Shown here: in pieces, positions 23,740 through 30,763 of the stretch
Layout of the letters: each line of letters starts with the position of its first letter
Position numbering within the stretch: position 1 is the first letter of the stretch
Virus record (IMG/VR): IMGVR_UViG_3300012923_000006
Span: 1-40,639 of that record
Source: a virus
Strand: one strand, 5' to 3'
DNA: 40,639 nucleotides
Notes under the pieces: model-generated
Seen by the model: the letters and a program-made list of their open reading frames with translations, nothing else
Database searches by the model: none
What the model was told of the DNA's origin: nothing
Made by a program: the position numbers and the translations under genes

Positions 23740-25193
23740 GACATCCATCCGTTTCCGTCACGGCCTGCGAATGAGGTCGTATTGCTGTTGGTAGGAGCTG
23801 GCTTGTTCTGGGTAGTCGCAAAGCGACGCATCATCATCGCGTAGCGTGTGGCGGATAGAAGGTCGTCGCCCTTCTTCACAATCAATCCATCCTTGCGGTG
23901 GTAGAGGTTGAATTCCTCAAACCATTCGGTGAGATGGCTGAATATCTTTAGACGGCCGGTCTGCATGCGGTCGAGCATCCCTGTAATGCCGGCCTCTACA
24001 CCGTTCGAACCATCCTCGAACGTCGCTCGTTGGGGATGCATGGCGAGACCTTGCTCTTTGTACTGCTTTGCCAGTTGTTCGCCAGAACCTTTGTCGTGCT
24101 GCAAACCATCATGGGGCCAGGCCCATGGCAACCACGCGCCCCAAGGCTTGACACTCGCTGCAAACATGACTGGTGTCTGCTCGCGCTGGCGGTGAGTGGC
24201 GATCACGTAAATGCAGTCCGCATCGCGATCCCATGCCAGACGTGCTGCAGCTGAAGGATGGTCCCATCCGAAGTCGATGCCGGCGATCTGTGGCCAGTGA
24301 GCTGGGATGGGAAACGCCTGGATCTTGATCTCATCATCGTCGATCGGGAACACGCGCCCACTCCCAAGTTGAGGAATGCCCTTGGTGCGGGCTTTACGTT
24401 CGTGAGCGGGATAGCTCGCAATGATTGCCGCCCGTTGCTCGGGCGTATAGTGCTCGGCATCGGCGATATCCATCATCGTAAGATGCGTGCTCGGTTCCTT
24501 GTCTAGATAGAACCGCTTCACGACATTCGACACGCCCATCAGTGGAGTGAGCGTGGTCATTACCGGACCCAGAGTCGTGTTCGTGCGGGTGATACCCTCG
24601 AAGTAGATATCCTCCGGCGGTTCTTCATCGAACCACACGCCATGCACGGTATCGGCCTGCCACTTGGTGCGGCCTTGATCGTAAGTGGCTAGCTGCACTG
24701 AAGAGATCCCATCGGGCTTGCCGTCCAGGTCATAGTGCTGCACGTTGATCGTGGCAACTGCATCGGGGACGCCTTGACGACGGGCCCAATCCACAACGTC
24801 AGCTTTTGGGATTGCGCCAGTTCCCCACTGGGCTTCGTTCTCTGGCGGCCCAAGCAACAGACGCTGGATGCCTTTGCGTGTGAGCTCGGCAGACTCAGAT
24901 CCTGCGAGCCAGCGAACGTTTTCAGTGAACCGCTTGCCTGTCCACCACTCTGGATACTTACCAGTGAGATGCATGGCGACTTCAAACGCTGCGGAGAGTG
25001 TCTTGCCGACCTGGTTTCCGGCCATGAGCATGCGCTCGCGAAACGTAGCGCCAGCTGCATGGAACTCGCGCTGCTTCGGATATGGCGCATAGTCAGTTAA
25101 CCGACGTTGACTTGCCCGGCGCGTCGCTTCCTTCACCAGTAGCGCCAGAAAGGCGGCTTCTGAGAAGGGCGATGCCGGCAGTGAGTTCTGCAT
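23736..25193 (-). CDS. terL: Terminase large subunit
   Basis: Walker A (AGNQVGKT), Walker B-like (VHGVWFDEEP) and nuclease motifs (IDFGWDHP, DDLLSATRYA). The start is uncertain; an in-frame GTG at 25136 is also possible. Confidence 0.9.
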   Translation of the reverse strand: MQNSLPASPFSEAAFLALLVKEATRRASQRRLTDYAPYPKQREFHAAGATFRERMLMAGNQVGKTLSAAFEVAMHLTGKYPEWWTGKRFTENVRWLAGSESAELTRKGIQRLLLGPPENEAQWGTGAIPKADVVDWARRQGVPDAVATINVQHYDLDGKPDGISSVQLATYDQGRTKWQADTVHGVWFDEEPPEDIYFEGITRTNTTLGPVMTTLTPLMGVSNVVKRFYLDKEPSTHLTMMDIADAEHYTPEQRAAIIASYPAHERKARTKGIPQLGSGRVFPIDDDEIKIQAFPIPAHWPQIAGIDFGWDHPSAAARLAWDRDADCIYVIATHRQREQTPVMFAASVKPWGAWLPWAWPHDGLQHDKGSGEQLAKQYKEQGLAMHPQRATFEDGSNGVEAGITGMLDRMQTGRLKIFSHLTEWFEEFNLYHRKDGLIVKKGDDLLSATRYAMMMRRFATTQNKPAPTNSNTTSFAGRDGNGWMS

Positions 25194-25437
25194 CGGTCAG
25201 ATCGTCCAATGGCTGTGACTGTTCAACCTGCTTCGGCATCAGAGCGACGATCGCTTTGACGTACCCCATCGGGTCCTCTTCACGAGCTCGCACAATCGCG
25301 TCTTTGCCGTGTGCGTCGAAATCATCCGCCAGAGCGTTTAGGAAGCCGCCCTGCAGGCGATTGCGCGCAGCCTTGGGCTTTCCACCGGGGTTGCCGGATT
25401 GGCCGGGCTGGAAGGGCTTGAGGTTCTCGGAGGTCAC
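25093..25437 (-). CDS. terS: Terminase small subunit (DUF5681-like)
   Basis: The FQPGQSGNPGGKPK motif is typical of small terminases. It lies directly upstream of terL. GTG 25437 forms a GTGA overlap with the upstream stop; the track start is 25476. Confidence 0.55.
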   Translation of the reverse strand: MTSENLKPFQPGQSGNPGGKPKAARNRLQGGFLNALADDFDAHGKDAIVRAREEDPMGYVKAIVALMPKQVEQSQPLDDLTDAELTAGIALLRSRLSGATGEGSDAPGKSTSVN

Positions 25438-25829
25438 TGTTTCTGAGTGGCCATGCCAAGCGTGATGAGCCGCCACCTTATAAAATCAATCTTGTTACCG
25501 ATGTGCAGGCCAGAGCTGAAGACCGACCAATATTCCGCGGGTAGCTTCCAACTCGATTTGGCTCGTTGCGCTGCTGCACGCGCGTCCGCTAAGGGCGTTC
25601 TCATGCATCCTCCCTGAGGCTGCTCGGCTACCCATGCTCTCCTGTGCAAAGGGGATATCCAACCTGTCCGCTTTGGCGGTCCACCGTCATAAAGCTTGTG
25701 AGTCTCCTCGGTGCTCAGGACCGTAAAAGAGATGTCGCAGGGGAAGCAGTAGTAGTCATCATGAGCAATATCGTAGCCCAAATAGGCGGAGCGGCACTCA
25801 GGGCACGTATACTGCGGTTGCATGGTCAT
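25434..25829 (-). CDS. Hypothetical protein with an N-terminal zinc ribbon (CPEC...CFPC)
   Basis: 131-aa ORF with an ATGA overlap with the upstream gene. Confidence 0.55.
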   Translation of the reverse strand: MTMQPQYTCPECRSAYLGYDIAHDDYYCFPCDISFTVLSTEETHKLYDGGPPKRTGWISPLHRRAWVAEQPQGGCMRTPLADARAAAQRAKSSWKLPAEYWSVFSSGLHIGNKIDFIRWRLITLGMATQKQ

Positions 25830-26203
25830 GAGGCTTCCCTCACTCCCGCCACATCACGCTCGGTGATGATCAGGTGCTTGATCCCGTTCACAATGACCTC
25901 TGGGAAGTCATAGCCGCGTCCGTCGAAGATGTTCAGGCCACCGAGTTCCACGACATCACCGACCTTCACTTCAGTCCGCTGAAAGCGCTTGGAGAAGTCG
26001 ATTCGCTGCCTGCCGTCGTTGAGCTTGGTGCGCTTACTCACCGGATGAATGCCGGGGCCGACTGCGACAACCTCACCACGAACCGGTCTGCCTTGGCGGA
26101 TGGCGGTGATGACCTTGCTCGCTTCCCAGTCGAGTGGCTTGAGCAATATGCGATCACCTAACATGCGCAAAGGACCAGTGATGACTTCGGGATGCTCACC
26201 CAT
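25826..26203 (-). CDS. GroES/Cpn10-like co-chaperonin fold protein
   Basis: LGDRILLKPL...RGEVVAVGPG...VKVGDVVEL...LIITERDV aligns by eye with GroES (HDRVIVK...RGEVLAVGNG...VKVGDIVIF...LIMSESDI). ATG 26203 is preceded by GGAG. Confidence 0.55.
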   Translation of the reverse strand: MGEHPEVITGPLRMLGDRILLKPLDWEASKVITAIRQGRPVRGEVVAVGPGIHPVSKRTKLNDGRQRIDFSKRFQRTEVKVGDVVELGGLNIFDGRGYDFPEVIVNGIKHLIITERDVAGVREAS

Positions 26204-26417
26204 ACCTAGGCTCCATTGCGCGTTGGCGCAGGACTTCAACTCGCTCGACATATCCGAACGACGCATAGCCTTCAGGCGAGGCGTAATGCAGGACCCGCGT
26301 GCATCCTTGGGCTGCGAGGTGTTTCTCAGCGCCTTCGCGTTCTGGCGCGGTGTCAGAGCCCCTGCGGAATAGGTAGTGATAGGCCTGGGGAAGATCAATT
26401 GAGTCTTCAACGATCAC
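26196..26417 (-). CDS. Hypothetical protein (73 aa)
   Basis: GTG start abutting the endonuclease VII stop. It reads as a more protein-like frame than the N-terminal extension of ORF 25826-26410. Confidence 0.45.
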   Translation of the reverse strand: MIVEDSIDLPQAYHYLFRRGSDTAPEREGAEKHLAAQGCTRVLHYASPEGYASFGYVERVEVLRQRAMEPRYG

Positions 26418-26908
26418 TAGTGGCTCCCGTTGCGCAGATAGGCTAGCGCTTTGCTTAGTAGCTCCGGGCTATCGCCCAATCGGCCAAGAGCAGTGTTGCA
26501 CCCAAAGCAAAGCCAGCCGCGGAATCGGCCAGTGTCGTGGCAATGATCGAGATGAAGCCCCCGATTGCCTTCAGGTCGCTGATCGCAGATTTCACATCTC
26601 TCAGGGCATGGCCTTATTGGCTCTGGGTAGCCAAGACGCTTCCATTTTGCGAGTTTGTGCTTATGGCTATTTGCGCGCTGATATGCCTTACGCCTCTCAG
26701 CATGTTTGAGAGCGGATTGTTTGGCGGAGGATTTGTATAGCTCGGGATTTGCCAGTCGCCATGCCGCCGCAAGTTGCTTGCCGCATTGACAGCACATACC
26801 ATTCTGCGTATAGCGCGGCCCTGTATGTCCATACTTGCAAGGACGTCCAGTCACATACTGCGAATGGCCCTGCTGCCGCGCGACTTCACGTTCGCCAATA
26901 ACTGGCAT
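26417..26908 (-). CDS. Recombination endonuclease VII family protein with an N-terminal zinc-ribbon extension
   Basis: CEICDQRPEGNRGLHLDHCHDTGRFRGWLCFGCNTALG matches the Endonuclease_7 signature. The N-terminus carries CKYGHTGPRYTQNGMCCQC. Confidence 0.7.
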   Translation of the reverse strand: MPVIGEREVARQQGHSQYVTGRPCKYGHTGPRYTQNGMCCQCGKQLAAAWRLANPELYKSSAKQSALKHAERRKAYQRANSHKHKLAKWKRLGYPEPIRPCPERCEICDQRPEGNRGLHLDHCHDTGRFRGWLCFGCNTALGRLGDSPELLSKALAYLRNGSH

Positions 26909-27177
26909 TACATTCCTGCCTTCGCTATTTCCATGCGAACTGCAGCTGGAACTGGATCTGCCGGCTTAGGAATGTCGTGGTCCATCGGATGATGGAACGC
27001 CAATTGGTAATGGTCACAACCGCGGCCGCATTTCGCATGCTTGGCAAACCAGTCATCAGCTCGACGTAGTGAGGTCAGGATGTATTGCACGTCGTTGCCG
27101 GCGCGATCGGCAAGGCACAGAGCGTCCTCGAGATTGGGATGATGAGAACAGACGAGGAATAGCCGGTTGGCGCTCAC
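26908..27177 (-). CDS. Hypothetical protein (89 aa)
   Basis: GTG start. ORF contiguous within the operon. Confidence 0.5.
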   Translation of the reverse strand: MSANRLFLVCSHHPNLEDALCLADRAGNDVQYILTSLRRADDWFAKHAKCGRGCDHYQLAFHHPMDHDIPKPADPVPAAVRMEIAKAGM

Positions 27178-27266
27178 TTCTTGTCCTTATGCTTAAATTC
27201 GCTGTACGCCACTGCCGCGCGCTGACTCTGCTTCGGAAACGAGCCGCGAGCTTCCTTCGATTTCAT
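27174..27266 (-). CDS. Possible tiny basic peptide (30 aa)
   Basis: Hand translation gives MKSKEARGSFPKQSQRAAVAYSEFKHKDKK. Its TGA overlaps the downstream GTG (GTGA). No clear SD. Confidence 0.25.
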   Translation of the reverse strand: MKSKEARGSFPKQSQRAAVAYSEFKHKDKK

Positions 27267-27294
27267 GAATCGAGCCACGAACGTGGACAGGCGT

Positions 27295-27540
27295 TCACCC
27301 TTGATCGGCTGGGGCATTCTCGGGAGTCTGGGGAATGTTTATCCCGAGTGCCATCAGAATCGCATGTACGTTTGTTGTATCTACATTCTTGTAACAGTAT
27401 CCAGATGCAATCTGATCGACCAAACTCTTGCTAACACCCTCGGCCTTAGCAAGTTCACTATGTGTTGGCAGTAAGCGCCTAAGCGAAATAATAGTTCGAA
27501 CATAGGCTGCGCGTTCGGGTGTCAGTTTGCGCGGTCTCAT
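27295..27540 (-). CDS. HTH DNA-binding protein (81 aa)
   Basis: THSELAKAEGVSKSLVDQIASGYCYKNV is an HTH-like segment. ATGA overlap at the start. The segment looks more AT-rich than its surroundings. Confidence 0.55.
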   Translation of the reverse strand: MRPRKLTPERAAYVRTIISLRRLLPTHSELAKAEGVSKSLVDQIASGYCYKNVDTTNVHAILMALGINIPQTPENAPADQG

Positions 27541-27686
27541 CGGGCACCTGCATGGTCGCGTAACTTACGATTGATCCGGTGTAGCCGCATGCACTCGACA
27601 CAAGATCCAGTGCTCTTGTACCGCCGGCCTGTATGGCCCCGCTTGCACGTGGTGCTGATGAAGTATCTCTCTTCAGGTGGCTTCAC
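27537..27686 (-). CDS. Stand-alone zinc-ribbon peptide (49 aa)
   Basis: GTG 27686 forms a GTGA overlap with the upstream stop. CKRGHTGRRYKSTGSCVECM repeats the motif seen at the endonuclease VII N-terminus. Confidence 0.5.
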   Translation of the reverse strand: MKPPEERYFISTTCKRGHTGRRYKSTGSCVECMRLHRINRKLRDHAGAR

Positions 27687-27955
27687 GAGATCACCCCTAC
27701 AGCTTTGAGCGCAGCTTTGGGTGTGCGGACAAGCTGGACTTTCCACAACACGAATAGCTCCAGCTGCTTCGGATCGCGCTTGCGGTTCTTCGTAATCCCA
27801 TCCACGTCCAGAAGATGCAGGCCGCTGGCAGACCGACACAGAAGGTCAGCAGGCCGACCGATAGGCCAGACAAGCACAGCACTGCTACGTAGAGCGGCGA
27901 CAATCTCTTTTGCATTTCCATCTGTTCGAAATCCATTAGGTCTTCTCCAGCTCAC
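27683..27955 (-). CDS. Possible PD-(D/E)xK (VRR-NUC-like) nuclease (90 aa)
   Basis: GRPADLLCRSASGLHLLDVDG...KQLELF...VRTPKAALKAVGV loosely resembles the VRR-NUC pattern. GTG 27955 forms a GTGA overlap. Confidence 0.35.
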   Translation of the reverse strand: MSWRRPNGFRTDGNAKEIVAALRSSAVLVWPIGRPADLLCRSASGLHLLDVDGITKNRKRDPKQLELFVLWKVQLVRTPKAALKAVGVIS

Positions 27956-28167
27956 AGTTGAGGCGCGGGCCAATTGAGGGGAATGATTCCGTAAGGCCGT
28001 TTACTGGCCATGCGGTGACGGTTTTCCATGACCTTGATGCGGTTGCATTCGAGGCAGATCTGACGGTGGCGATAGTTGCCATGTCTGTCTCTGCCGCTCT
28101 TGTGGAGCTTGAACCGCGATTCGGTGTCGGGATGCCAGCTATCGCAGGCGTCGAGTCGAGTTTTCAT
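27952..28167 (-). CDS. Small zinc-finger-like protein (71 aa)
   Basis: ATG 28167 forms an ATGA overlap with the upstream small ORF. The CDSWH...CLEC pattern is present. Confidence 0.5.
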   Translation of the reverse strand: MKTRLDACDSWHPDTESRFKLHKSGRDRHGNYRHRQICLECNRIKVMENRHRMASKRPYGIIPLNWPAPQL

Positions 28168-28283
28168 CGGTAATTTTGCTCCCAATCTCGCCAGCAGACG
28201 TAATGACGCTTGCATTCGGCCGGTTCCCAGCCGCGGAATTCGAGGCTATGCCATCGAAAGAATGCGAAGCCTTCGCCGGTCAT
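28164..28283 (-). CDS. Small hypothetical protein (39 aa), below the ORF-track cutoff
   Basis: MTGEGFAFFRWHSLEFRGWEPAECKRHYVCWRDWEQNYR. It has ATGA overlaps at both ends, linking the lipoprotein gene to the zinc-finger gene. Confidence 0.5.
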   Translation of the reverse strand: MTGEGFAFFRWHSLEFRGWEPAECKRHYVCWRDWEQNYR

Positions 28284-28675
28284 GTCGTGGCCTCGGGCTT
28301 CCCACACGGCGCAATTGCGTTGGACGTGATGCCCGCGGTTTCGGCGATCTGCAGCGCTTGGCTGAATGGCGTTGGAGGTCCGTTCGTCTCGGTCATCTTT
28401 CCATTCTCGATGGTGAAGATAGTCGTTTGCTTCTGGTCGAAGCGGATGACGTGGGTCGGATCCACGATCACAAACAGCGCGAGAGCTCCACCGCATTGGA
28501 TGAAGTCGAAAGCGGCGATCGGAGTTGGCACGATCTCGGGTTTTGGCTGATGCACAGAGACGCAGCCGATCAGGGCAATCGAAGCCATCATTGCGAGCCA
28601 TTTGCGAAAGCGGGTGATGTTCGCCTTGCGGTCGGCCCAGTCAAAATACGGTTGGAGTCCGTGGAGTTTGTTCAT
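28280..28675 (-). CDS. Predicted lipoprotein (131 aa)
   Basis: A basic n-region is followed by WLAMMASIALIGC, which contains the lipobox L-I-G-C. ATG 28675 forms an ATGA overlap with the upstream stop. Confidence 0.6.
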   Translation of the reverse strand: MNKLHGLQPYFDWADRKANITRFRKWLAMMASIALIGCVSVHQPKPEIVPTPIAAFDFIQCGGALALFVIVDPTHVIRFDQKQTTIFTIENGKMTETNGPPTPFSQALQIAETAGITSNAIAPCGKPEATT

Positions 28676-28896
28676 GCGGTCATTTCCTGTTGAGTTTTTG
28701 AGAGGTGCGCGATACATGCCTGTCGCGCTTCTTCACCTGAGCTGTAGCCGCCCAACACTTGGGACATCCAAGTTGGCGTGGTCTTGCCAATGAATGCAAC
28801 ATAGCGGCCCGTTGGTATGCCTTCAGCTGTGCACTCCAACACACGGTAACCCGCGTCGGATTCGATGACATGCTCATTGATGCCGCGCCATTTCAT
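28672..28896 (-). CDS. Hypothetical protein (74 aa)
   Basis: ORF with an ATGA overlap with the P-like gene stop. Confidence 0.55.
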   Translation of the reverse strand: MKWRGINEHVIESDAGYRVLECTAEGIPTGRYVAFIGKTTPTWMSQVLGGYSSGEEARQACIAHLSKTQQEMTA

Positions 28897-29474
28897 GCGG
28901 CCTTCCGTTGTGCTATTTCGGCTTCCGCGCTCTCGATAAGGTTGGCCCAGCTCGCGCTCTGATCTTCCATCGAAGGCTCGATGATCTCACCGGTCTCGCG
29001 GTTAACGTCCCAATCACGCATTAGAGCAGCCCAGCGCTTCTTGTAGCCGACGAAAATGTCTGTGATGCGCTTCATTTCCGGAGACTTCGGCGCACCGAAG
29101 ACGTTGGTTCGTTCCACGATCTTGCGCATCAGATACGCCATCAGCCGTTGGTTCGATGCGATATCCCATTTATCACCATCGAACTTGTCCGGATTCGGGA
29201 GCGCGATCGGACGCGGACCTTCATCGACGCCATCGTCCTGGATGGTTCTGCACAGCTTGACGAAGGCCGGCAAGGACGGAACGCCATCACGACCGGAATG
29301 CACCAACCTGCGCATGCCGCGGTCGAGCTCATAATCCTTGAGCTTCGAAAGCACGCTGGTCCATTCGGGCGGGATCTCCTTGCCGAACTTACGCATGATG
29401 GCGTCGCCACCAAACAGGCCGGCAAACCGCCGCCATACTTCACTGGCGCGGGAGCTGCTTGAATCCGGGTTCAT
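28893..29474 (-). CDS. Lambda P-like replication protein (helicase loader)
   Basis: PPEWTSVLSKLKDYELDRGMRRLVHSGRDGVPSLPAFVKLCR parallels the lambda P segment ending FLPSPGQFVAWCR. It lies directly downstream of the initiator-like gene. Confidence 0.5.
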   Translation of the reverse strand: MNPDSSSSRASEVWRRFAGLFGGDAIMRKFGKEIPPEWTSVLSKLKDYELDRGMRRLVHSGRDGVPSLPAFVKLCRTIQDDGVDEGPRPIALPNPDKFDGDKWDIASNQRLMAYLMRKIVERTNVFGAPKSPEMKRITDIFVGYKKRWAALMRDWDVNRETGEIIEPSMEDQSASWANLIESAEAEIAQRKAA

Positions 29475-30234
29475 GCTCAATCACTCGTGAGTTGTCGCGG
29501 TTGTCCAGCATGCGCAGCAGCTGGTCGGTCGCAGTTTCTGGTTTTGGCGGAGCGGTCCACGGAAGCAGGAAGGGTTTATCGGGGCCGAGAAAGGTCGCGG
29601 CCTGCTTGACGTATTCGCTGCCGGTCTTGCCAGCCGCAGAGCAGTAAGCGGCGTAGCGCTTGGCACCCGCGATGAACTCCGCGGTTGTGTGTCCTTCCGC
29701 AATCCTGGCATTGGACGCCTTCTCGGCCTTCCGCCATCCCTGATCCCCTGCCCTCTCGGGATACACCTGCCTGAATTCCACAAACCATGTTGGCGTCGCA
29801 GACGCCGTAGTAGATCCCTTCCCTTCCCTTCCTTGGTCCTTGGTCCTTGGTCCTTGATCCGGGGGTGAAAGCTCGCGAGGGCTCGATAACTTTCGCGAGG
29901 ACTCAACGAATGCGGGGTATTTCGAAGCGCTGGGCTTGTCGATCTTCTGATGTTTCAACCAGTTAGGAATGTCGAGGTAGGATTCGCCATCAATCTGGTA
30001 GCAGCGCACCGCCGCGACGCCCTCCAACTCGGTCAACCAGCCTCCAATGAGGCTCTTGGCATCGTCGTCATAGGGGTATAGAAGGCTCGCGAGCATTCGC
30101 GAATTCCCGCGAGCCCTCCCGGAATCGTCGGCGAGAGTCCAGAGTTGGATGAACAGCAGGCGAGCGTCTCGCGACACTTTCCCCATACTCTCGCTATGTG
30201 GAAATTCGGGTTTGATGGTTCTGATCCTTGCCAT
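29440..30234 (-). CDS. Replication initiator/organiser-like protein
   Basis: N-terminal ARIRTIKPEFPHSESMGKVSRDARLLFIQLWTLADDSGR and C-terminal FVEFRQVYPERAGDQGW...FLGPDKPF are motifs I associate with phage replication organisers. The alternative start at 30333 is not excluded. Confidence 0.5.
   Translation of the reverse strand: MARIRTIKPEFPHSESMGKVSRDARLLFIQLWTLADDSGRARGNSRMLASLLYPYDDDAKSLIGGWLTELEGVAAVRCYQIDGESYLDIPNWLKHQKIDKPSASKYPAFVESSRKLSSPRELSPPDQGPRTKDQGREGKGSTTASATPTWFVEFRQVYPERAGDQGWRKAEKASNARIAEGHTTAEFIAGAKRYAAYCSAAGKTGSEYVKQAATFLGPDKPFLLPWTAPPKPETATDQLLRMLDNRDNSRVIEHEPGFKQLPRQ
29816..29857. repeat. Pyrimidine-rich microsatellite: (CCCTT)x3 followed by an (N)CCTTGG heptamer about 3.9 times
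   Basis: Read directly: cccttcccttcccttccttggtccttggtccttggtccttga. It lies in the linker of the initiator-like gene (peptide DQGPRTKDQGREGKG). Confidence 0.85.
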
Positions 30235-30280
30235 CAGCAGGAACGCCCGGCGGCCTGCGCGATACCACCGGGCGAAAGGG

Positions 30281-30583
30281 TCAGTAGCTGGACGGTCCGG
30301 CAGCGCGCGCCGCGGCAGCGGTTTCCAGAGCATCCGTCTTCGCCGCCTGCCCTTTCTGGTAGGGCATCCACTCGGCGTAAGCGCCCGCTGGCAATGGATC
30401 GTCGTCCTGCAACAGGGTTAGCGATGTGAAGGCAAACGGCGTCCCGTTGTGGTCGAAGCCTCCAACGTTGATCAGCCGATCGCTCCAGACATATGAGACG
30501 AGAGCAGGTTCGGCCTGTGATGTGTCGGTCGAGCCGGAACGATTTTGGACAAGAACTACGCGGCCAATGGTCGGTTTGATCAT
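30281..30583 (-). CDS. Hypothetical small beta-barrel-like protein (100 aa)
   Basis: MIKPTIGRVVLVQNR... with GAGGA 7 nt upstream of the ATG. This type of small protein is common in phages. Confidence 0.55.
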   Translation of the reverse strand: MIKPTIGRVVLVQNRSGSTDTSQAEPALVSYVWSDRLINVGGFDHNGTPFAFTSLTLLQDDDPLPAGAYAEWMPYQKGQAAKTDALETAAAARAAGPSSY

Positions 30584-30695
30584 GTGAAATCCTCATGGGT
30601 GGGAAAGATCGCCCGGCCACCCGGCAGGGGTGGATCGCCGCTCTTAACAGCGCGTGAGACTGTGAGTGCGATATGGTCGCGGGCGGGAAGAAAAG

Positions 30696-30723
30696 GGCCT
30701 GTCGATCAAACAACCGACAGGCC
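30696..30723 (-). terminator. Intrinsic terminator after the immediate-early minus operon
   Basis: Perfect 9-bp stem GGCCTGTCG / CGACAGGCC with a 10-nt loop. On the minus strand it is followed by CTTTTCTTCC. Confidence 0.6.
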
Positions 30724-30763
30724 AAGGGCGCGCGGTGGGGTAACAACAGCGCGTCGGTCGCAA

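Noticed and set aside
28693-28706. 14-bp exact match (AGTTTTTGAGAGGT) to 4484-4497, which overlaps the junction repeat.
   Set aside because: By hand estimate, several 14-mer matches are expected by chance in 40 kb counting both strands. This copy lies inside coding sequence with no accompanying ATTGGACC or TTATGCGC motifs.
30646-30754. 10-bp direct repeat AACAGCGCGT flanking the terminator hairpin (30646-30655 and 30745-30754) as possible nut-like boxes.
   Set aside because: It is too short to distinguish from chance, and no box A/B-like structure is evident. Left as a note.
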